From positions 484,806 through 546,422 of the forward strand of contig WELB01000005.1 of the NCBI GenBank assembly GCA_009602725.1: DNA of 61,617 nt. The letters are read 5' to 3'. The translations under genes and the position numbers were made by a program. This DNA comes from Spirogloea muscicola. Lineage: Eukaryota. Below, piece by piece: positions 37,832 through 50,865 of this stretch (position 1 is the first letter of the stretch; each line of letters begins with the position of its first letter). Below the pieces are notes generated by a model that saw only the letters and a program-made list of their open reading frames with translations, ran no database searches and had not been told where the DNA came from.

Positions 37832-40800
37832 CTATAGGAGGTTGAGGGGGGGCGTGGGAGATGGAGACGAGCCTCCGCCGCTGCCACGCCCCCGGCCCCT
37901 CCCCATGATCTTGCGGGGAGCCCGCTGGACGCCGCCTACCTGTGCGGGTGGTGGCTGCAGCCGGAAGCTGGCGCTGCCAGTAGCAGTGGCCGGCTGTGAG
38001 GCTGCCTCTGCCGGCGCTGCAAAGAACTCGTCTAGATTGGGGCCAGCTGAGGACTGTGGCAGGGTCAACGAAGGCATCCCCATGCCGTCAGTGCCAAAAG
38101 ATGCAGTGCTCGAGACAGAGCTGGTAGCAATAGAGGGGCCTCCTATGGTCCAATTACCAAGACCGACGGGCGACGGAGCTGCAATGGCAGGCGTCGATAC
38201 GGCTGGAGGTGGCAGCCGCAGGCCCAAGTCGGCGGATGCCGGCCCCTGGAACGGGCGCCCGCCAACCAGGCTCGTCGGCTGGTGTAACCTGGTGGCTGGT
38301 GTGGAAGGAGGCTTTGGTGGCCAGTCGGCAAAAGGGTCCTCGTCGTCTGGAGCGCCAGCAGCACCAGAGAGCGCCGGCTGGCCATTGCCAGAGTACCCGG
38401 AGGGCGTCACACTCGACGCCACGGCACTGGGATGGCTGCTGAATGAAAGACCTGGCGCCTCCGAGGAATCTGCGGAGCTCATCGTATCTGGCCGGCCTTG
38501 GAAGCCGTCAAAGGCCCCCAGCGAGACTGGCCCCGAGGAGGACAGAGGAGGGAAGACAGAGGAGGTAGGTGGCACAGCCGGCTGCCGAGAGAAGCTCGAG
38601 ATGGACAAAGGCGAGGAGGCCGCAGGGGGTGGCCAGGCGAAGTCGTTCCCAGCCAAGGAGCTCACAGCAGGAACTGGTGAAGCCGCGGCCGTGACGGGGG
38701 CAGCAGCAATCGGGGCTGCAGCAGGACCCCAGTTGTCGGTATCCCAGCTAGCCCTGCCAGGCCTGCGTGAGACACAATGACTTGCAAGTGAGACACCTGG
38801 CTCCAACTCAGCTTTCTGGATTCAAGTTGAGGGTCTCAAAGGTGATGACTAGCATATGGTGCAAAGAAGCAACTTGTATGCACCAAGCAGGCACTGAGGT
38901 TTGCCTGGGCAGGACTAGGACTTAAACCATATGCAATTCCAAGCATGTGTGTGCTTGAAACAAGACTAAATAACCTCCATACTGCAGATAACTCATATAC
39001 TCGTGACTAGCTTTGACCAGCCAGTTAAATCTACCTGGCTTCCAGGCCCAGAGATGGAGCGGCAGCGTGGCCATTGATCTCGGGCAGCGGCGTCATTTTA
39101 TCCGGGAAGGATGCGGCGCCGTCAGGTCCGACACCTCTCCGATTCTCAACTTCTCTGCAAATGTGTTCCATACAAGGGTTGCTAAGATGGCAGCTGAGAC
39201 TCGTGCAAGAGATAGACAGACATTCCTTTGAAGCTCAAAGAAGCAGGAGGGCATCAATGGTTACAAGCACAAACTCTCTCTCACTGAACTATCAGCCAAG
39301 TTGGCTGGAGCAGTTCTCATAAGTGCAAAGGCTGCCAGAGAAGCTAGATGGGAGTTGAACTTCAACATCAAAGGTGCGCAGCTGAGGCCAAAGAGCAGGG
39401 AAGGAAGCATGCTCTTTTACTTGAGGACGTCAAGCACCAGCTTTAGGAGCTTGGCAAACTGTTGCATGTTGAGCTGCTGAACAACAAGTAGGGGCGTGAC
39501 AAGCGGCAGCACGTGCTCTGTAGCAAACTCAACACCGTGCTGCATTGCACCTCAGATGCTGTATAAGTACAAGAAGCATGTAGAAGTGAAGCTTGTACGA
39601 GTGTAACTTTGCACACAGGCAGTCAGCTGCCCCATGTAGCACTGGCTAAGACTTCACTGAGGTGCAGGCGATGCAGCTAGCAGTAGCACATGGAAAGGGC
39701 CACACAACACTGGTATAGTCCGCTGGATTAGATGGACAATTTCTATGATGGAGCAGCAGCAGAGACGGACTTTCCAAAAGTAAGGAAAGTCACCTGCTTG
39801 ACAATAATCTCGGAGACACGGTACACACACATGAGCGTTGCCGCAGATTTGTCAACGCCGGCACAGCGGTGTAGGGTCTGCAGCACGTCCATGACCGCAG
39901 GCTTGTCCAGCCCAGGGAGGAGGTCACCTAAGCAGATCAGGGCTTGAGCCCGTACAGCAGCCATGGACGTCTTGAGCGCCAGCGCGTGCACCCGCGGGAG
40001 CACCGCTTGCTTCAACACCTGCAGCCGCACGCTGTGATGTTAAGCCATAAAACTTGAATACTTATTACACACCTTATGCTGCAGACAAGCGAGGGCGAGA
40101 CTTCTTGCTAGTCTTATCTTGCTAGTCTTAGAAGCGGCAAAGTACGAACAAGACCTCCTCTCTTTCGTAAGCTCCAGTTGCATTGCTCAACGAGATCAAC
40201 AGACCTGCGTGTCCAGCTTCTGAGTGATTGCGACTGTGCGCCTCAGGATCTCTTCCTGGATGCGGGGGTCTTGATCATCGTACGACCGGATAAGCAGTGG
40301 GATGACATGCGATTCCTGGGCCGCAATAGTGACCTAGGCAAGACAAGGAAGGTTTTGAACACAGTTGTCAGCTTGTCAGCTACATTCTATGCCGTTCAAA
40401 GTCTTCAAGCACCCCTATTAAATGAAGGCAAGAAGCTCTAAGCAAGCCTCTGTCCTACGGAGAAGTCATCAACAAATTGACATAAGAAAAGCCACAGTCC
40501 AATCTCCGTGACAAGCAATAGCACATACAATGGGCATTCATGCATTACACTGATGAAAGACGGGAAGAGTCTGACGGGCCACCACTCAATACCACTGTAT
40601 GAGGTATTGGGACACGTCACCTTGCCGATGAGCGATGGCAGGTGCTTGAGGAGCAGCAGAAGGGTCTCGCCCGATGCCGTCTGGAAGACGGGCAGCAGCG
40701 CTGACTGCGTGGTCTCCTCAAAGTCCTTGGCCGACTGCGGCACAGCAACTTTTTAAGCTGACCCTTCATCCCAGCATGCTCGATGAACAACGCAAGCCTT

Positions 40801-43303
40801 TAACAGCAGTGGCATGTGCACACACAACACTGAGTACAACCAGGGAGATCTATGAATTATATAAGCATCTTGAGAGTAGCTTGGATGATGACAGTTGTTC
40901 ACAAGTTTGTGGGGTGAAGCTCAGACCCAACCTGAGACTCAGCAATTGCGAGGATCATAGGAAGCAGTAGCTGCTGCATTGCCTCGTTCCGCAGCTCCCC
41001 CAGCAGCGGCGGCAGCACCTGGAGCTTGGATGAGCGCTTCAGAGATTGGACATCGGCCCACTACTCGCAATACCAGCCCTCTAAAGGGACATACTTCACC
41101 TATTGGTACTTGTGTTTCGTTCAGAACTCTTATCAAACTCCTGCTGCCAAGATCGGCCAGACAGTCGCTCAACTGCCTCGACCACGTGTGCAAGACAAGC
41201 AGGACATGAAACAGTGCGAGCACCAGACGTTGACCTTGAAGCGCAGGACGCGGGCGTCAAAAGTGCTCCACATGTCGCTGAGGGCCTTCAGAAACTCGGT
41301 CTTCTGCAGGTTATCACGCTCCTGCCGAGAGGAGAGTGACATATTAGCTACTCAGATAGAGACGGAACACCATGGCCATCATTACTCCAAAGCATTCAAT
41401 GCTTGACTGTATCCCACGTCTACACGTTAGATTGCACCTCGACATGAGGCACTGACCACTTTAAAGCCGGCTGCTTGCAAGCACAGGCTCTTGTCACTCT
41501 CAAAGGGGAACACCGATCTTGGTGACAGAGTATACTTCTGTGTGTACCTTTTGGACAAGATTAAACGGCACGGATCTTACTCAACCTGCAACTGACGACC
41601 TCAGCCACAAACCCTCACCAGGATGTGATCTAGGAAGCGCAGGGCGCGAAGTCGAGCATCGTCACGGAAAAAGGGCGCCGCTCCAAAGTCCTGTGCTGAC
41701 GGGCGTGTGCCAGTCGTAGGGCTGAGTGCCGCCTTGAGGTCCGGTGCCAAGTCTGGCGGTGCTTGGAGGGGCTCGCGCTGCACCTGCTGCACTCGACTTG
41801 CATGCTGCCAGCCAGTGCAGGCCGTAAATAGTTTAGAGTGAGGATGAGAGATGGAGGAGGCAGGGAGGTTAGGCAGTCAAGCAAGAATTTGATGTTCGCA
41901 GTCATCAGCATGACTAAGTTGCAGGCCATTTGAGTAGAATCCGAGGTGAAACGCCGTGCCAGCCATGACCAGCATGCTCGGTCTTGTGCACAGATCGTCA
42001 CAGGACGATATGCCGACCTTGCGCAAGTTGTTGTTGCAGCTGAAGAGGGCTTGTTTGCCGACAAGGAGGTACGCCACGCACGCAAGGCTCCACACGTCGG
42101 CGGCGGTGCGAGGGTCCGCCAAGCCTGCGGCGGCCTGGTCAGCGTCCAGCCCAAGAAGGGAGGGCACCGCAGCGGCCGCCGCGAGCATCGGTGGCTGGCT
42201 CAATTCTGGCGCTGTGTAATCCAACGGCGGCTGCAGGGGCAGTGCCGGCCCGTCCACATCAAAGTCCTGCAGACAACGCCCACGCCCACTAGCTTCTCAT
42301 GAGGCCTGTGCACCGGCAAGATCGGCCGCAATGACCACGGCTGAGGCTGAGACAGCCCGGCAGCCCAGCCTGTGGAAGGAGCATCGCAGCTGCGCACGGG
42401 ATAATGAAAGGGAGGCTCGCTGTGGGGCGCCGGCGGCGCCTCCTTGTCAAGGAAGACCGAGAAGCCAAGACCGCCAAACTTCCACGCGCCAGACGTCGTG
42501 ATGAAAACCGTCTGGCATTAGCAGCAGTCAAGGACGGAGGTTGAGCAACTGGCATGAGAGGCGGATGCCTCAGGGTGGGGCCATCCTGGAGCTGTATTGG
42601 TCAGCTGGCTCTGTATGTGATTGACAATAATCGTACCAAATAACAACATGTTGATCGGATTGGTAAATTACAAAGAAGCTGCAACAGTCACCTCAGGCGA
42701 GACAGCGCGGTGCGCAAGCCGGGCATTGTTGTGCAGGAAGGCAAGGGACTCGGCGAGCTGCAGGAGGCCGTGCTTGACCTCCAGCGGCCCCAGCTCCTAC
42801 AGCGCCCCAGCAGGCCACACAACGCCATCAGCCGCCTCAGACTGGCCTTCACCGGCTCAGTGAGCAGCTGCTGCTCACGTCCGTTGCGGCCATGCTCCAA
42901 GCTCTGGACTGGCAGCAGCTCAGCAAGCAGTCAACCAAAGGCCAGCATTGGCAGAGCCAGCACGGCGGCGGCGGAGACGACGGCGGCGGCAGCAGACCAG
43001 AGCGTCGAGGTCGGGCGGCGGGCGCGGGAGATTGGCGAAGTCGCGCAGCGCGTTGGCGAGCGACGCGAAGACGGGCTCGGTGACCATGGCCATGGCGCCG
43101 CGCGACTCGTCCAGCGCCTCCACAACGCGCACGACGCCGGGGTGGCGCAGCCGGCTCAGCGCCGCGCCGTCCCGCCGGAACACCTCCAGCAGCGCCTCCT
43201 CCGCGTCCTTGCTGCCGCGAGGAATCGAATCTCTGACCAGTCAATCGCCGTAAACCGAGCAGCATGGCAATGGAGAAACTGCCGTTAACGGCAGCATCCG
43301 CAG

Positions 43304-43337
<34 letters not shown>

Positions 43338-43530
43338 ACCTGGTGCCGCGGCGGGCGCGGTCGTCGGCGAGCGCGCGCTTGTCGAGGATCCAGACGCAGG
43401 CCTCGGCGGCGACGGTGGCCTGCGCGCGGCTCTTGGGCGTGGCACGGTACAGCTTCCACAGCAGGCCCGGGCCGCCGGACCCCACCTGCGCGGCGTTGCT
43501 CGTCGCCGGCTCAGCCCGGCGGCGGCGGCG
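37832..43530 (-). CDS. SCYL2: SCY1-like pseudokinase 2 (N-terminal kinase-like domain, HEAT repeats, low-complexity tail)
   Basis: [80 protein letters not shown]-terminal PPLNLL. Confidence 0.92.
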
Positions 43531-43789
43531 NNNNNNNNNNNNNNNNNNNNNNNNNNNNNNNNNNNNNNNNNNNNGGCCGCCGCCGCGGCCGGCGCCGCGA
43601 GCCGCGCCGCGATCCGCGGGGGCGCGCGCAGCCGAGCTGCCCCTGCCTCAAACCCTAAATCTATCAATCCCACTTCACTGCAGCAACACTTTGGTAAGCC
43701 GCTGCGATCACCTCCTACCAGCTTTGTACTTGGACGCTCGGGCCCTCCATCAGTCAATACACACTCCATTCCCCTACCAACATCAACAC

Positions 43790-44130
43790 ATGGTTGCATA
43801 GGTCCTCGTGTCGTTACCTTACTTGCGAACGTTGCTATCTAGGGTATTAACGACGTGTACACCTGGACCTGAGGATGTGCTTCTGGCTAAGATGGGCTTG
43901 CCGGCAGCGTGCTTGTTGTTCTTGCGCCCTCTTGTGTTAGACGGTATGCGCCAAATCTCATGCTTTGCACGGAAAAGCTAGACGAGCTTTAGCTGGTGGC
44001 AAAAGGGCTTGAGACTTGCCGTCCGTCCGGTATTTGGCCATTGATAGCGACCTCTACTTGGTCACCCATGGGTACTGAGAGGGTCGCCCTCGCAGCAGTG
44101 CTGTACATCTGTATGCATCTGGCTGGCATT
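43790..44130 (+). mobile_element. Old degenerate family E remnant
   Basis: Recognisable GCTAAGATGGGCTTGCCGGC, CATGCTTTGCAC..AAAGCT and GACCTCTAC..GGGTACTGAG. Confidence 0.6.
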
Positions 44131-45158
44131 CATAGCCGCTCTTTCAATATCAGCAGCCGCATTCTTCACGTCTGTGAATGTGCTTGCTTATTATACTTGG
44201 CAACTGAGGCGCCCCACCACTTGACAACGCTCTGCCCCCGCTCTGCCAATTGCGCTGTGTCAAGACTTCGACTTTTTCACTTTTGATGGCCTTTCACAGC
44301 CACGGCCTTCTTTCCCTCCAGCCGTAGTTCTCTGGTTCCTGAACCCCTCCTAGCCTAGGATTTGGATTTGTGTAGCCCCATTCCTGGCACTTCCGTTTGC
44401 CTTCTGCAGACAAGTGCATCGTCTCGACTTGGCCTCCCTTTGAATTCATGCGCATTACACGCATCTTTCGGAAGAGTTTTCTCCAGCCATCCAATCGCAT
44501 GCATGCATTGCTCCCACAGAGGTGGCAACGAATGACAGCAACGTCTGGGGCGGCAGCAGCCAGGTGCAGTGGGCTTCTTCGCCCATTGCCCGCAGCTTTG
44601 GTGCAGGCACTGAAGCTGTTGACGAGGCAGAAGGGGTCTGGAGATCAAAGGAGCCGCGTCTGCGAGAAGCCCTGATGGCCAGCAACAGGCTGCTGTGGCC
44701 AGCAACGCCTTCACGGTATATAAGTTGAAGCCCTGAGAGCAAATGCTTGCGCCAGAGACCATAGCGGGGTGACGAATCGACTTATGAATAAAGTGCAGTT
44801 GGGGGGCAGCCGCCACCGAGCAAATGGCTCGGGGATCAGCGGCAGCCATAGTGGAGGTCAAATCCTGACGTCCAAAGAATGGAAGGAGGCCGGAGGAGGC
44901 CAGCATTCGTGATGGCTCAGAGCCCATCATAAGGTGCATTCCACAGCATTCAGTAATCCCCTCCGCACACACGCACTGGGGCATGCGCCATTGGCGGGCC
45001 TCGGGCAGGCGCCGCTAGCGGCGCTTGCAACTCCATATATTATACAAGGGGGGGTGAGGGGGGGTGTTGGTCACAGCCACCGCCGCAGCACCAACAGCCT
45101 TGCCTTGCTATGCAGTGGAAGGACGCCCCAAAAGAGAGTAGCATGGGGCAGTGTCCTC

Positions 45159-46584
45159 CTAGTAGGGGCGGCCGGTCCCAGCCTTCTTGTCGTAGTTGCA
45201 GATGAAGATTTTGGCAGTCCAGCCCGTCGGAGCCGACAGTGGGCACGTCGCCTGCACCACGAGAGCGAGGTTGGAGCCAACAGCAGCTGTCAGCAGCTGC
45301 CAACCCAAGCTCGGCTCCTGAAGGCACTCTCGCTGGCAGCAGGCTATGGAGCCATAGGTCGCGGCAGAAGAGGTACATGTGGTGGAGAGAGGTGAGAGCA
45401 GGAGAGGAGGGGGGGGCGAGGGAAGGGAATGTGGGAGAACGAGAAGGGAGGTGTAACAGCATGAGACAAGGATGGAAAGTGAGATAGGAAGCCAGGAAGT
45501 GGGGAGGGAGGGCAGATGGGGGAAGCAGAGCCAGGGAGGAATAGGGAGGGAGCAGGGAGAGGGGAGGACAGAATAGGAGGGGAGGGAGAGGGGAGGGGAA
45601 CGCACAGTGCCGCAACCAACGAGTGTGACAGGCTTGTACACGATCTGCTTGAACTCATCGCATGTCTGCTGCGGCGAATAGGGATCCGGAGAACACTTGT
45701 TTGTGGCGTACGAGTACGTCATGCGCTCGTAGTCCCAGCCAAGCACAATCTGCTGAGCTGTGGAGCCACCTTTGCCGAAGCCAAATGTGAAAAAGATGTT
45801 CTCGCCATAGGGGCTGCTCGCTGGTCGGTGGTGCACGCCGAAGTTGGGCCATTGCTTGGGGACTGTCGCGCAGATGCGGGGCATGAGCGTGTTCACCCAA
45901 GCCTGTGCATAGTTGGCCAACGACGGGCTCCATGCTACTGGCTTCCCGCTGTAGTACCGAGCCCTGCGCCCAGCAAGGAGGCCAATACGTGCCTCGTCAG
46001 CCACAAGGACCAAGTGGGAAATCCAACGTAAAGTGGAGTAGCGTGGGGCAGAAGGAGAGAAGCAAGGGGCTCACCTGGCAATGTTGTGCTGCTTGACGAT
46101 GATTGCAACATCGGTCGCTGGGACCTTGGACGCCGGGCCAGTAACCGGGCCTGCGGCGCAGCTCAGCACAGCGGCGCAGAGTCAGGCAGACGCCTGACGC
46201 CGGCACAGCAGCGGCAGCTGGCAGCAGGGTGCAGCAGAGTGACCGGAGGAAGGAGGTGAGAGATAGGAGGGCTCACTCTTGGGGGGGTGATGGCCTTTGC
46301 CCGGGTGGCCTCCCTTGAGCAAGCGCCGCACCACGTTGGGGGCATTCGTCGCGGCCGCTGCTGAGATGGTGGCAAAGGTGCAGCGTCAGCGCCGGTGGGG
46401 TCAGCACAGCGCTGCTGCCAGCCTCTAGCCAGCACGTAATTGCAGCCGACTGATCGGGGCGAGCGAAACTAGCCTCACCTTCTTCTGCGGCGCTGACAGG
46501 AGTCTCTGGCGTCGCCGCGGCTGCGACAGCAAGAGCCAGGACCGCAAGGATGGAGAGGAGGAGGCGCGTGCCGGCAGATGCCAT
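45159..46584 (-). CDS. Secreted CAP/PR-1-like protein
   Basis: Signal peptide, HNIAR, VAWSPSLANYAQ, PYGENIF, VGCG, IFICNY, RPY-stop. Confidence 0.85.
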
Positions 46585-47680
46585 GGCTGCCACCGTGGAG
46601 GGCTCTGCGCAACAGCCGGGCCCAGAGACGGCGGGCGACAGTCAGAGCGGGGGGGTCGTGCTGGTCTCAGACTAGCAGTGCTTGGAAATCAACGCCAGAC
46701 AGACCCGGGGGAGCGAGGCCGCGCCACCGGGACACCAGGGCGGCTCGCAGTGGCGGCAAGGGCGGCGACGGGCTGAGCGGCGACCATGGATCGGTGGCAC
46801 TGGGCCTGAGCTAGGAGGGGGAAAATTGTGGCTACTAACCAGAAACGTGCGCCCACGACAGATTTCTCTCAGTAGCCGGCGTGCTCGCCTCGCTCACTGG
46901 CTGAGGAGTCCGTCGACAGCTCCACCACAACGCGGCGGCGGCGGCGGCGGCGGCGGCGACGGCCGTGGAGACGGCGGCGGCGGCCAAGGCGACGGCGNGA
47001 AGGCGGCGGCGGTGGCGGCGGCGGTGGAGGCGGGGGCGACGGCGGCGGCGGCGGGGCGGCGTGGCAGTGGCAGTGGCAGCCGATGTTGAGGTGGGTCGGG
47101 GTCTGGTGGGGCCCGGAAGGGGGGGTGAAGGGGAGACTGGGAGGCCGCGAGGCGAGGGAGCTAGATGTAGCCAGGAGCGACGGGAGGGGAGGGGGAGGGC
47201 AGGTCAACGGGGGTGGGAAGGAGGCGGCCCTGCCGGGCCCACCTGAGCACGGCGCCACCGGCCGAGGTGACGGCGCCCTAAAAGCACCTGGGCTAGTAGC
47301 AGGAATGATGTAAAACGGGGGAGAGGAGCATCCCCGGCGGGGAGGTGGGTCGGGGATGGGATCCGTTGGCTCCCGGGCGCCAGCTGGCCGGCCCCTGGGG
47401 CCAACTGTCCAGGGCCCCCTGCCGACCCGGGCCGCGACAGCGCCGGGGCGTCCGCCAGCGCACGTGCGCGGGAAGCCGGGCCGGAACCCGGCTTGGAATA
47501 CCCCCGCTGCATTCGCGCCAAAGGGCGAGTTCCTTGGCGCCAAATCCGGGGCACTTCCCGCCAGCCGCGGAGATCTCGAGGGGCGGCGCCTCCGTCTTCC
47601 CCCACTGACATCGGGCGCCCTGCTCCTGCCACCGTCTCTGCGCCACGAGCAACACCACCTTTCTGCCCGCCCAGACTCAG

Positions 47681-48050
47681 AAACAGCGCTTCCGATGTAA
47701 GGCAGTGGCTGAGAGAGGCCAGCCCAGTGGGGATGTACAGAGCCGACCACCGGCCTCCCTCGGCATCCCGGCCGCTTTCCTGCGACATCCGTTCGCCCCC
47801 CCCTTTATGGCTGTCAGTGGCAGTCACTTCTGCTGCCAGCGATGCGCTTTCCTGCGAGTCCGCTTGCTGCTGTCTCAGTCCTTAGCACTCCGGCTCCTTC
47901 AGACCTTGTCCATTCCTTTGGGCTGGCCTCTCCCAGCCACCAGTTAATCTAACCGCGCGCTTGCTTTTCCTGCCGTCCTGCCCGGACCCTCGTCGGTTCC
48001 TCCTGGGCTGGCCTCTCTGCAGCCACCTACTCCTGGAAGTGCCCCTCTTT
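47681..48050. mobile_element. Small nest of 3' ends: H (minus, 47681-47730), C (plus, 47856-47965), I-like (plus, 47988-48050)
   Basis: Hairpin motifs present. The C copy is flanked by TTTCCTGC at 47848-47855 and 47966-47973. Confidence 0.7.
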
Positions 48051-48666
48051 CGGTAAGCCCGAGCCAGGCTCTGTTGATGCCGTGGTTCCTCCTGCGCAAC
48101 ATGCAGCCCTCCTCACCCACCCCTGTACTTGGCCACTCAGTCCCTCCATCACTCAAAATAATCCACACTCCAGTCTTCCTGCTCATCTCTGAGACTCTTC
48201 AACAACACGGGAGTAGCATGATGGCGGGTCCTCTGAATGTCGCTGAGTGCAGCGAGCACAGTCGTCACCAGAAATTTGCATCCTGAAACAAGTAGGTCCT
48301 CCTGCTGTAGGCTGAGGAGACAGAGCGGCCATACCTGCGAGGTGCCTCATGCGCTTTCGAACAGCACTCGACATTATATCGACAGTATGCTGTCGACTCT
48401 CAAGCCTCAACGGGAGAACCTGGTCCTGCGTGCGTGACGGGCGAGACCTGAGGCTTGGAGGCAGCATCAAAACCGTTGCTCACAACCACTGTCACAGATT
48501 ATCCTGTCACAATCAAGTGACAGTCCTCCCCTTGGCAGACCTGACCTTGTTACTACCAAGGCATAGCACCAAAACAGAGGGGCCAAAGATGAAGATCAGG
48601 TTGCACAGCAACGTGCCATTTATTGCAACTCTCATGGCAGGTGATCCTGTCTAAGGGCTCTGCTCG

Positions 48667-50617
48667 TCACACGTGCTCCGCAGCCCGCCACTCTTTCAGC
48701 CACTCAACCGTGTCCGCCAAGGTCACCTCGGCAGGCCGCGTAACAAATCCCAGGTCGGCTTGGGCCCTGCTGGAATCAACGCCCCTGCGCCATGCACCCA
48801 CTCATAGCCTGCAATGAGCACACAGCCCCTGCCGCAACAAGCACTCACGATTGCTTCGCGTCGTGCTGCGCCTGTCCCTAAAGCCTCTTACAGAGTTGCG
48901 GCTGGGCCTCGACAGCTCAGCAGATTGTTTTCATCATCAGCAACCATTAGATCAAGACTTACTTAGGGGTACGTCGGACAGTGAGAGCGAGCTGTGATCT
49001 CCTGACATAAATACATGATGGTAGGAGGATAGGACGTACCAGCAGTGCTGCGACATCTCAACAACGACGGGGTCGAGGGACGGGTCCCATCGACCGAGCA
49101 GGCCAGTCACGCTGGCGGCGGCGATGGACAGCGCCAGCACAAGAGCGTCAGGGAGGCGCATTGAGGGTGGCTCTACACCTGCAAGCCTGGCGACGCGCGC
49201 GAAGAAATCTGCGACAAACATGTTGTGGCTGGCGAGCAGGTATGTGGGGCTGGGCGACGGGCCAGGGAGAGCCATAGCAGTTGCGAAGGCCGCAGCCTGC
49301 GCAGCCACCGGACGCAAGGAGCACAGCCTTCGGCTTGCCTGAGCCCTAGCAGCCTTATCATACACTGATCCTAAGCTTATGGACTGTTGAAGCAGATGCT
49401 CTCAGCAGCACAAGAGCGACGCACAGGCTGATGGTCGGAATTGTAGCTGCGTGCTGCTTGATGCAGGGTTGTGAGACACTGTACCGCGTCGCGAACGTCC
49501 ACAAAGCTTAATTCGCCTGACGGCACGAAAGGGACCTTACGGTCCATGATGTCAACGACGCTGCGACAAGCGCTCAACCGGCGGTCGCCTGCACTGCCTC
49601 ATCAAAAGCAGAACAGGTCCATGCAGGGAGAGCTGTGAGGCCGCGACTCCTCACAGTCTCGCTGGTCACCGGCACAGACAACCAGCCTCGCCATGGGCGG
49701 CCATGGCTGAGCGCCGGCTGCCGCAGCGCGGCAGCATGGCACCTGGGCCGAGGAGGAGCGACGGCCGCATGCACACGAGGTCGAGGCCCTGCGCGGCAGC
49801 GTACGAGCGCGCGGCCTCCTCCGCCTCGATCTTGGCCGCATAGTACGGCCAGCGCGCGGTGGCCTCCCGTGCAAGGGGCGCGCCATCACCAGTCTTCGCA
49901 CCTCGGAGCCGTCCCACCGCCACGACGCCGGAGGTCGACGCGTACACCACCCGCCTGACCGCCCAAGCTGCCCAATGGCGGCTGCTTTGAGCGCTCAACC
50001 ATTGGCAGCACATTGGCAGACAGCGGACAGACTTGGTGGTGCCGAGGATGAGATGGTGGCGAAGCCCCCTGACCTGGCCCCGGCGGCCTTGGCGGCGGCA
50101 AGGACCGCCAACGTGCCCTCGACGTGGGCCTCGCGCAGCCTCGCGGCGGCGCCGGGCCGCCGCGAGAGCTCCACGGCGCCGGCGAGGTGGAACACGCCCT
50201 CGGCGCCGTCGAGCGCCCGCTGCAGCGCGCCGCCGTCCAGCACGGAGCCCTCCACGAACTGCCGGCAGCCAGCGCCACGGCCGCCACTGAGCGGCGCTGG
50301 CCATCTCAAGCTCCGCCACATCGCCTCGTCGCCGCTTCACTGAGCACGCCATACGTGCTAAACACAATGTGGTGATGCGGAGCTTCACCTCGGCGTTGGC
50401 CGGCAGGGGCTCCGGCGGCCGGTTGCGGGCGAGAGCGCGCACGGCGTGGCCGGCGCCCACGAGCTGAGCGACGAGGTGCTCGCCCAGGAACCTGCGGCGG
50501 CGGCAACGGCGGCGGCGTCTTGCTCAGCCGGGCTGCGGCTTCGGTTCTCAGCCGGTGGCACTGCGGCGGCGGTGGAGCAAGCGTGCACCCCGTGGCGCCC
50601 GTCACCGCGTACACCAT
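48667..50617 (-). CDS. NAD-dependent epimerase/dehydratase (extended SDR, DFR/HpnA-like)
   Basis: VTGATG/FLGEHL, VFHLAG, RRVVYASTSG, YYAAKIEAE, RPSLLLGPG, SFVDVRD, DSSRAQADLGF. Confidence 0.9.
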
Positions 50618-50865
50618 CGCGGGGAGTCCTTGGCCAGGCCAGGCGGCGGCGGCGGCGGCGGCGGCGAAGTGCAGCTCTGTAGGTGTGGAGTTTGTATTCT
50701 ATTATTGATATATAATAGTATTTAATATCTATTATCATACATATGAACTTATGGATCTACATACAGTACTATTTAAAATACTGTATTATTGTTAAGAGGC
50801 GGTACTTGGCCTGTGTGGCAAGCACATTGACAAATGTGCTCCATCGAGCGGCGGCCGGGTTCGCC

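Noticed and set aside
44290..44990. Possible degenerate coding or transposon remnant
   Set aside because: No motif I can recognise in any frame.
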